The translations under genes were made by a program, and so were the position numbers. 64,000 nucleotides of DNA from an uncultured Prevotella sp. (lineage in GTDB: Bacteria; Bacteroidota; Bacteroidia; Bacteroidales; Bacteroidaceae): positions 5,901-69,900 of the forward strand of contig CAMNPN010000001.1 in assembly GCA_946548085.1 (NCBI GenBank). Direction: 5' to 3'. Below the pieces are notes generated by a model that made no database searches, was not told the origin of the DNA, and worked only from the letters and a program-made list of their open reading frames with translations. Positions 18,679 through 25,211 of this stretch are shown here, one piece after another. Within the stretch, counting starts at the first letter, position 1. Each line of letters starts with the position of its first letter.

Positions 18679-19200
18679 TTATGTAGATTTCTCTGGAGGG
18701 TCAAACAGGAATGAAATGGTCTCGTTGAATTCCTCTATGACCTGAGGCAGATTCGGGTTATCCCTTTTTGATATAATGGCGATGAAATTCATGATTCCGT
18801 CCATCTTGCCCTCAGCAGTTTTCATGATAAATAATTCACGTCTTTCGTAGATGTTAAACCAACGCACGAAGAGTCTGTTTCGGAATGCTTGCTTGCGGTC
18901 GCCTGTCTCTGCCAAATAAAGCATGGTATCGTCACCGTTTACATCAAAGAACTCTTCGATGATGGCAAAAATGGTAAGTCGTAATTTGCTGTCATGAGGT
19001 GAACGCTCATGGTGTCTGTTGGTAATACCAAACTCGTAGGCTCCACTGGGGATAATGGCCTCATTTATTGTGAAGTCGATGTCGAACCTGACACCACTAT
19101 CACTGACAAAGTAGAAATTGTTATGTCTCACAGGATCCTGCATCACCTTATAAGGAGCATGCAGATTGATGTTCTCCAATCTGAGTGTGTTCATAGTCAA
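18679..19200 (-). CDS. Hypothetical protein (173 aa)
   Basis: Clean ORF on the same strand, 26 nt downstream of the 45-aa ORF. I recognise no motif. Confidence 0.6.
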   Translation of the reverse strand: MTMNTLRLENINLHAPYKVMQDPVRHNNFYFVSDSGVRFDIDFTINEAIIPSGAYEFGITNRHHERSPHDSKLRLTIFAIIEEFFDVNGDDTMLYLAETGDRKQAFRNRLFVRWFNIYERRELFIMKTAEGKMDGIMNFIAIISKRDNPNLPQVIEEFNETISFLFDPPEKST

Positions 19201-19226
19201 TAAAGGTTTAAAAGGCTTCTCTGTTT

Positions 19227-19364
19227 TTATGCAAAAAAGCCTTGAAGTTCTAACTCGTCCATTCTCTTCAGATTTTCTTCCATGCGCTCCTTCTTCCTGC
19301 GCATCGTCTCCCTGAATGCGGCTCTCACCTCTTCACGGGTTCTTTTTGTTTTTCTTGTTTCCAT
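19227..19364 (-). CDS. Small basic protein (45 aa), candidate first gene of a two-gene cassette
   Basis: METRKTKRTREEVRAAFRETMRRKKERMEENLKRMDELELQGFFA. A TAACTTTG box at 19400-19407 (minus strand) lies 35 nt upstream of the ATG, which is canonical spacing. Confidence 0.45.
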   Translation of the reverse strand: METRKTKRTREEVRAAFRETMRRKKERMEENLKRMDELELQGFFA

Positions 19365-19458
19365 ATCGATAAAAAGTTAAGATGTTATTAATACGCTGGC
19401 AAAGTTACGGATAAATCCTGAAACTCCCAAATAATTTGAGTAAAAAGTGAGATAGAGT

Positions 19459-20121
19459 TCATTTCCTCAACTTATTAAGTATTTCCAGAGCCTTGACAGC
19501 AATGGGTGTATCAGGATTATCTTCTGCCAATTTCTTTAGAACAGGAATAGCCTTATTTGTCTGATCGTTCTTAATATAGGCAAGGGCCAGATTAATGGCA
19601 ATGTCGTTGGCATAAGCGGAATAGGTGAAGTCTGAGTCCATATTGGAATAAATGGTTTCCAATTCTGCTATGATGGTACTGACGTTGCGCTGTTCCTTTA
19701 TATTATTAAATAAGGTGTAGAGGTGGGCGACGGTAACAGAATCTAAATCACCGCGTGAATAATCATCCATGCTATACTCAGAATAATAGGGTGATACAAG
19801 TGCGGAGAGTTCATTAAATCGCTTGTCTTTCTGATAGCCGAAGAAGATGGCAATGACGGCAGCGATAGAGCAGGCCCATGCAACAAGCGTGCGTAGTCTT
19901 TCTTTGGTGTTGTTGCTGATAAGTGTCTTTTCCTTAGCAGCCTCCTGTGAGCGTATGCTTTTAATCAGAGATACGGTAGCCAACACTTGGGCACGCAGTT
20001 CTGGGTCTGCCTTGATCTCTTGCTTAAAGGCTTGTTCTTCAACCTCTGTCATGGCACCACGTATGAAAGCATCGATTCTTTCTTCGATGGCCTGCTGTTG
20101 TATATCGTTGTACTTATCCAT
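19459..20121 (-). CDS. Membrane anti-sigma-like protein with extracytoplasmic TPR-like domain
   Basis: 220 aa. N-terminal FIRGAMTEVEEQAFKQEIKADPEL is an anti-sigma-type helix, followed by a single TM helix (LVAWACSIAAVIAIFFGY) and a C-terminal TPR-like tail. The ATG overlaps the sigma gene stop by 8 nt. Confidence 0.6.
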   Translation of the reverse strand: MDKYNDIQQQAIEERIDAFIRGAMTEVEEQAFKQEIKADPELRAQVLATVSLIKSIRSQEAAKEKTLISNNTKERLRTLVAWACSIAAVIAIFFGYQKDKRFNELSALVSPYYSEYSMDDYSRGDLDSVTVAHLYTLFNNIKEQRNVSTIIAELETIYSNMDSDFTYSAYANDIAINLALAYIKNDQTNKAIPVLKKLAEDNPDTPIAVKALEILNKLRK

Positions 20122-20698
20122 AGATCTTATTCTTTAGTTCGTTATACTTGTCGCGGAACTTCTTCACGCACTTATATTTCTGGGCCTTAACGGAGTTGGC
20201 ATCAGAGAAGTTGAACATATCTGCAATGGTTGATGTCGAGAAGTCATCCCAGTAGTAACTATGAAGAATATTCTTGCAGGTGTCTGTCATCGAGGCGATG
20301 ATATTGTTCACCAGCAGTTCCATACGGGTTTTCCTTTCTTCTTCCTCCGCATCTATACAAGCGCCATAGAGTTCTGCTATCTTGTCATCACGTACAAAGT
20401 CGGAGTTGGTGAGTCTTCTATCGTCAAAGAAAGGTTTCGTCTTGCTGTCCTTTCCCAGGAACTTTAGGGTCTGGTTAATGCAGACTCTCATGAAATAGGT
20501 TCCTAACGAACTTGTCAGAGTAGACAACTTCCCGTCACGGACATTCAGGAAAAGAGCCATTGATGACTCCTGGAAGATATCATCAAGGTCATCATCTGAG
20601 ACATAGAACTGTTTCCGTAGATATGACAATACCCTTCCTCTCTCATCAGAAAGGAAGCGGTTCAAATCCTGGTTCTGCAATGATATCTCCTTTGCCAT
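20114..20698 (-). CDS. ECF-type sigma-70 family RNA polymerase sigma factor
   Basis: 194 aa. Region 2-like DDLDDIFQESSMALFLNV...YFMRVCINQ and region 4-like CKNILHSYYWDDFSTSTIADMFNFSDANSVKAQKYKCVKKFR. Confidence 0.8.
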   Translation of the reverse strand: MAKEISLQNQDLNRFLSDERGRVLSYLRKQFYVSDDDLDDIFQESSMALFLNVRDGKLSTLTSSLGTYFMRVCINQTLKFLGKDSKTKPFFDDRRLTNSDFVRDDKIAELYGACIDAEEEERKTRMELLVNNIIASMTDTCKNILHSYYWDDFSTSTIADMFNFSDANSVKAQKYKCVKKFRDKYNELKNKIYG

Positions 20699-20699
20699 A

Positions 20700-21569
20700 T
20701 TAGAAACTCGTTTCTGTTACCATGTTCTGATTATTGGGCCAATGGCCATTCTTCATAATGGAAGCCTTGACTCCATTCAAGAATTCCTCGGCATTGGTGG
20801 ATAAGGGTCTTGTTTGCAATGCCTGAGCGATGTTGTAAGACAGCGGGCCATAGCGCTTATCTGCCACCATTATCTCCATATTCACCTGATCCGGGCGACA
20901 GGCTTCAAGATACAGGACATGAGACTGTTTGGCTGATGGCTCAATCTTGTAATGGGACTTCTTGTCAGCAGAAGGCTTGAACACCTTGTTATGATAGGTA
21001 AAGCCGACCTTGGTACCTCTGACTGTTTCGTCATTGGCGCGTGAGGATGTGCCGGCATGGCAGGCATCAATCACCACATAGAGGAATCCCGTAGGACCTA
21101 TCTTGTCGCGTAACTTTTTGACGTATGTGTTCAGCTGATCATCCAGAAGATGCTTTTTCCCTTCATAGACGCCTTTCTTATAGAGTTTATAGGCATCGAT
21201 GGGGATGATGGCTTCATCCCAGCCATCTTCTTCATCACCATTCAAGTCTTCTACAGGCTGGCCGTGTGCTGAGAAGTGGAGATAGACGATATCACCTTTT
21301 TTCGTCTTGTCTGCGAACTGAGATAGTTGGGTGATAATATTTTCGAAAGTGGCCTGTTCATCCAAGAGAGAGGTGATAGCAAATCCTTGCTTTTTCAGGA
21401 TGGGAGTTAAAAGATTCACGTCTTCAGTACCATTGATATTATTCCACTGGTAGCCAGTCAATGCCGTGTCATAATGAGAGATGCCCACCATGAAAGCCCT
21501 TTTCCGTTGTGGAAATGCAACAGACGAAATACAGCATAACAGACTTAATATCAGCAGTTTCCAATTCAT
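20700..21569 (-). CDS. Exported caspase-family (peptidase C14) protease
   Basis: 289 aa from the ATG at 21569, with signal peptide MNWKLLILSLLCCISSVAF. The catalytic dyad blocks are YLHFSAHGQ and VVIDACHAGTS. Its stop codon is 1 nt from the sigma ATG. Confidence 0.85.
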   Translation of the reverse strand: MNWKLLILSLLCCISSVAFPQRKRAFMVGISHYDTALTGYQWNNINGTEDVNLLTPILKKQGFAITSLLDEQATFENIITQLSQFADKTKKGDIVYLHFSAHGQPVEDLNGDEEDGWDEAIIPIDAYKLYKKGVYEGKKHLLDDQLNTYVKKLRDKIGPTGFLYVVIDACHAGTSSRANDETVRGTKVGFTYHNKVFKPSADKKSHYKIEPSAKQSHVLYLEACRPDQVNMEIMVADKRYGPLSYNIAQALQTRPLSTNAEEFLNGVKASIMKNGHWPNNQNMVTETSF

Positions 21570-21587
21570 TGCCCAAAATATTTTCGG

Positions 21588-21595
21588 CAAATATA
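21588..21595 (-). promoter_or_regulatory. -7 promoter box TATATTTG of the caspase-sigma-anti-sigma operon
   Basis: Plus-strand caaatata is the reverse complement of TATATTTG, 18 nt upstream of the ATG at 21569. The track start at 21590 is the TTG inside this box. Confidence 0.6.
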
Positions 21596-21690
21596 CAAAA
21601 ATATTTCGAAATAGCGGTTACCTTTTTGTTTTTTTCAGTATAAAGAGGCAAATAAACAACAAATTAGTAACAATTTAAACATCAAACAAA

Positions 21691-22230
21691 ATGAAAAAAG
21701 TATTTTATCACATCACGAGAGTGTTTTCTAAGTGCTGGTTTATCATCCTCCTTGCTTGCACGATTTCGCCAATCGTAGCCTTAGGTGTCCTCATCCTCTT
21801 TACCATTATCTCAATGGTATTTTTCAAGGATCCTGATGATGCCAAGAACCCTGATGATTATTTCACAGATGAGGAAATGAAGAGATTGGAGTCCGGCGAG
21901 GACATGAATGACGAGGAGTTTCTGACGCTGGTGGCTAAATGTCAGACCTTCAACTGCCCGAAGAAAGTCGATCCTGTAACGACCTGGACGAGTTCTGAAT
22001 TGACCAAGGACGCATACATCTATAACTATGAGATTAACGACAAAAAACACATGTATCGTCTCTTGGATATGAATGACCTGAAGAATCAGATCCTGTCAAG
22101 GATTGACAAACAAAACGATAAGATTCAGCGCATTATTGCTACTAATAGAAATCTTGTGTTCCGTTACAGGAATTATCAGAAGAACACCATAGAAGATGTT
22201 GTTCTGACAACAAACGAGCTTAGGAGTTAA
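21691..22230 (+). CDS. Hypothetical membrane-anchored protein (179 aa)
   Basis: N-terminal hydrophobic stretch WFIILLACTISPIVALGVLILFTIISMVFF followed by a soluble domain. It is divergent from the caspase operon. Confidence 0.6.
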   Translation: MKKVFYHITRVFSKCWFIILLACTISPIVALGVLILFTIISMVFFKDPDDAKNPDDYFTDEEMKRLESGEDMNDEEFLTLVAKCQTFNCPKKVDPVTTWTSSELTKDAYIYNYEINDKKHMYRLLDMNDLKNQILSRIDKQNDKIQRIIATNRNLVFRYRNYQKNTIEDVVLTTNELRS

Positions 22231-22269
22231 GATTAGAAACATGTATAACCCTATAAAAACAGAAATAAT

Positions 22270-22836
22270 ATGGCACTATTAAGTTTGTTCGGCGCAAAGC
22301 CAAAGGAAAAGGTAGAGATGGTTCCTGTCATTCCAGAGAATTCTACCGAGCAAGATGCTGAGGACGTAAAGAACTCAGAGGAAGACAACGAAGAAGAGAA
22401 AAAGCATCTGATCACCATCACCTGGGGAACGGGAATGCCCATAGACGTCATTTTCAACTACATTCATAAGAACTTCGAGGAAGAAGGATTCCAGGATGCG
22501 TTGGTTAATTCAGACATTACTTATCGCGATGCCAAAGAGAAAATTATCCGTAACGACCTGGAGATGCTTTTCAAACGTATTATCCTCTGCTACAAGAAGA
22601 ATATCCGTGAGATAGATGTCCAGATTAACAATGCCCGTCAGGCATACGCCCTTTCTGCTGCATCAAGCCTGGAAGCCCGGCGTACCACCTATGAAGAGCA
22701 TCTTACAGAGATTGATGAGATGCGTGAACAGTTTGAGTCAGACGATCCTAAAATGATGACCATGATAGAGTCATATCGCAGGGGATTTCTCAAAGGAATC
22801 ACAGCAGTATCACTTAAGTTTATTAATCACGAATAA
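22270..22836 (+). CDS. Hypothetical protein (188 aa), acidic N-terminus plus helical C-terminus
   Basis: Clean ORF 39 nt after the previous gene. No recognised motif. Confidence 0.6.
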   Translation: MALLSLFGAKPKEKVEMVPVIPENSTEQDAEDVKNSEEDNEEEKKHLITITWGTGMPIDVIFNYIHKNFEEEGFQDALVNSDITYRDAKEKIIRNDLEMLFKRIILCYKKNIREIDVQINNARQAYALSAASSLEARRTTYEEHLTEIDEMREQFESDDPKMMTMIESYRRGFLKGITAVSLKFINHE

Positions 22837-22848
22837 GAATTATCAGTT

Positions 22849-23838
22849 ATGAAAACTTTAAATAATATTGGATGTGCCCTGATTGGATGGGACAAGAATA
22901 TCTTGAAAGAATGTGGTGAGGCAAGTCACCGCCAGTTTAGAAAACTGATCTCTGCCATTTGTATCATGATGATACTCTGGGGAACCATCGGCTACTGTTT
23001 TGCCGACAGATACATAAATATTGAATCATTAGTATTGAAGATTTGTATTGCCTTGATGTTCATGCTCATTGTCTTATGCGTAGAACGAGTGATCATTCTA
23101 ACGGTTGGCAAAGCGCGCCTTATGACTGTGATGAGAGTTATGCTTGCTTTATGTATGGCTTTTCTGGGAGCTTGTATCTTTGACCAAATTATCTTCCAAA
23201 ATGATATTCAGCAGACAATACACGATCGCCGTGAGGACGTAATTCAGGAAACTACAGCAAAACGTCTGATGGTCTTTAATAGTGATATACAAAGGATTAC
23301 TCATGATTTGGATTCGTTGAGCAAATCTACAATTACTTTGGGTGAAGAATTGGCGAAACATCCTACTATAAAGAGCGTTAACGTATCAACAATAGAACAG
23401 GCCATAGGAGTTGATGAGAATGGTAATCCAAAGAAAGTGAGAAATCGTTCTACAGAGATTGTGAATATTCCTAATCCTCTGACTGGACAGCTAAATGCAA
23501 ATAACGAACAGATTCAGTTATATCAAAATCAGTTAGAGCAGCTTCGTCAGGACAAAAAAGAGATTGCTGGAAAGGTGACAGATGAAATACACTCTCGTCC
23601 TGTTGGATTTATTGAGGAATTGGAAGCGACTCTGAAGGTTGTGTCGAACAGCTGGATATCATTGGTATTTTATATAGTTCTCTTCTGCTTCCTGACATTT
23701 CTGGAACTGTTCGTTCTAACAATCAAAATGGGCGAAAGTAAGTGTGACTATGATTTGATAGTGGAGAACCAGTTGAAACTGAAAAAGAACCTCATGGATC
23801 AGACTGCACAGAGTATGATGGTGAATATAGCAGTTTAG
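22849..23838 (+). CDS. Membrane protein with long central coiled coil (DUF4407-like architecture)
   Basis: 329 aa with three N-terminal TM helices, a heptad-rich segment of about 140 aa (LNANNEQIQLYQNQLEQLRQDKKEIAGK) and a C-terminal TM helix (WISLVFYIVLFCFLTFLELFVLTI). The family name is from memory and uncertain. Confidence 0.6.
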   Translation: MKTLNNIGCALIGWDKNILKECGEASHRQFRKLISAICIMMILWGTIGYCFADRYINIESLVLKICIALMFMLIVLCVERVIILTVGKARLMTVMRVMLALCMAFLGACIFDQIIFQNDIQQTIHDRREDVIQETTAKRLMVFNSDIQRITHDLDSLSKSTITLGEELAKHPTIKSVNVSTIEQAIGVDENGNPKKVRNRSTEIVNIPNPLTGQLNANNEQIQLYQNQLEQLRQDKKEIAGKVTDEIHSRPVGFIEELEATLKVVSNSWISLVFYIVLFCFLTFLELFVLTIKMGESKCDYDLIVENQLKLKKNLMDQTAQSMMVNIAV

Positions 23839-23864
23839 TATTAACACTTTAAATATAAACGTTT

Positions 23865-24131
23865 ATGGAAACAAGAGACGACTTATTTAGTGATGTCATC
23901 GAAGAGATGTTTGAAGAACTACCCATTGAAGTTAAAATGGATATGGATGAGGAAGATTTGGAAGATCTAGTCGATGAAGATAATGATTGGGAAGAATCTG
24001 ATAATTACGAGTGTGGTGGTTATCTGTGGACAGAGGAAGATTCCTGGGATGCACTTACGGATGGAATGTATGGTGAAATGCCCAATAGCCCTTGGGAATA
24101 TGATGCGATGATGGATGCTATGGGATTCTAA
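23865..24131 (+). CDS. Extremely acidic small protein (88 aa)
   Basis: By my count 33 Asp/Glu against 2 Lys/Arg. It has aromatic-acidic motifs (DNDWEESDNYE, SPWEYDAMMD). Confidence 0.6.
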   Translation: METRDDLFSDVIEEMFEELPIEVKMDMDEEDLEDLVDEDNDWEESDNYECGGYLWTEEDSWDALTDGMYGEMPNSPWEYDAMMDAMGF

Positions 24132-24144
24132 TAAAGTTTAGACT

Positions 24145-24717
24145 ATGGATAAGGAATTAAAAGTAATGATCTCAAAAGAAATGGAGCAGTTCCATTGCTC
24201 CATTCTTTTAGACGAAGTGAAAGAAAAAGTACGTAAGTTGAAAGCGTATGGTGTGGAGGAAGCAGATATTGTAGCTGCCATGAATGAGGAAGAACTATTC
24301 CCTCAGTTGGTGGTGACAGAAGATTACAAGGTTGTTTTGGCAGGAGAAAAGTCCATAGAGGTAGAGATGGAGCCCCTGATAAAGGCTATATATTTGTTGT
24401 TCTTGTCCCATCCAGAGGGGATTGTGCTCAAATGTCTTCCAGATTATCGTAAAGAACTAACTAGTATCTATCTGCTTCTACGTCCATATGGACTTACTGA
24501 CAGAGTAGAAAATAGTATTGAAAGCGTGACCAATCCTATGCAGAACTCAATCAATGAGAAGTGTGCCAGGATTCGGAAACTGTTCTCATCGCTGCTCCCC
24601 AAGAGTGTTGCCAAATATTATGCCATTTCTGGTAAGCGTGGCGAAGCCAAGAAGATAGATCTTGTTCGGGCCAATGTCGTCTGGAAATGCAAATTGCCTA
24701 ATTCGCAAGGCTTGTGA
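24145..24717 (+). CDS. Uncharacterised protein, paralog of the FtsZ-coupled gene at 28117-28701
   Basis: 190 aa. Shares the blocks VVTEDYKVVL, IYLLFLSHPEGI, NSINEKCARIRKLF and VVWK with the 28117-28701 product. Confidence 0.65.
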   Translation: MDKELKVMISKEMEQFHCSILLDEVKEKVRKLKAYGVEEADIVAAMNEEELFPQLVVTEDYKVVLAGEKSIEVEMEPLIKAIYLLFLSHPEGIVLKCLPDYRKELTSIYLLLRPYGLTDRVENSIESVTNPMQNSINEKCARIRKLFSSLLPKSVAKYYAISGKRGEAKKIDLVRANVVWKCKLPNSQGL

Positions 24718-24751
24718 TGCAAAATAGTTTGGCGGCAGAGATATTAGTTAG

Positions 24752-24759
24752 TATCTTTG
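24752..24759 (+). promoter_or_regulatory. -7 promoter box TATCTTTG ahead of the 142-aa gene and dnaB
   Basis: Exact TAnnTTTG match 23 nt upstream of the ATG at 24783. It lies inside the longer track ORF that starts at 24714. Confidence 0.55.
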
Positions 24760-24782
24760 CCACCTATTTAATTTTATTTCTT

Positions 24783-25211
24783 ATGACAGACTACGAGTAC
24801 ATTATTACACAATTGAAGAAGTGTCATTTCTCTGGATGGGATGACAAAGTGATGAGGGATTGTATTGACAGGTTGCCTAACTTGTCGCGTCAGGAATTGA
24901 CAGCGCTCTATTTAGGTAAATGGGTGAAGGAGTATGCTGTGTTTAAGGAGGCTATCTTCAACATTATGTTTGCTGATAAGATAGGACTGCGAGAAGAGCG
25001 TATCAGGAATCTTGATACGGAGGCGCTGATTGCGGAGTTTAAGGATAAGAAAGGTGGAAATGTGTCACTTTGCAGGGAAGAACTGAAGGCTCGCTATGAG
25101 GCTGGGCGTGATGTGGATCTGATAGCTGAGGCTTTTACTGCTTCGAACAAGAAAGACCAGCAGTGGATTATCAAACAGGAGAAGAAATCAAAGGATGGGG
25201 ACAAGAAGTGA
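24783..25211 (+). CDS. Hypothetical protein (142 aa) overlapping the dnaB start
   Basis: MTDYEYIITQLKK... start chosen because of the promoter box. The 3' end overlaps the dnaB ATG by 17 nt. Confidence 0.55.
   Translation: MTDYEYIITQLKKCHFSGWDDKVMRDCIDRLPNLSRQELTALYLGKWVKEYAVFKEAIFNIMFADKIGLREERIRNLDTEALIAEFKDKKGGNVSLCREELKARYEAGRDVDLIAEAFTASNKKDQQWIIKQEKKSKDGDKK

Noticed and set aside
8430-25200. Searched the accessory segment for integrase, transposase, relaxase, reverse transcriptase, restriction-modification or cas genes
   Set aside because: No ORF of 60 aa or more shows the corresponding catalytic motifs by eye (tyrosine/serine recombinase, DDE, YxDD, Cas signatures). I make no such call.
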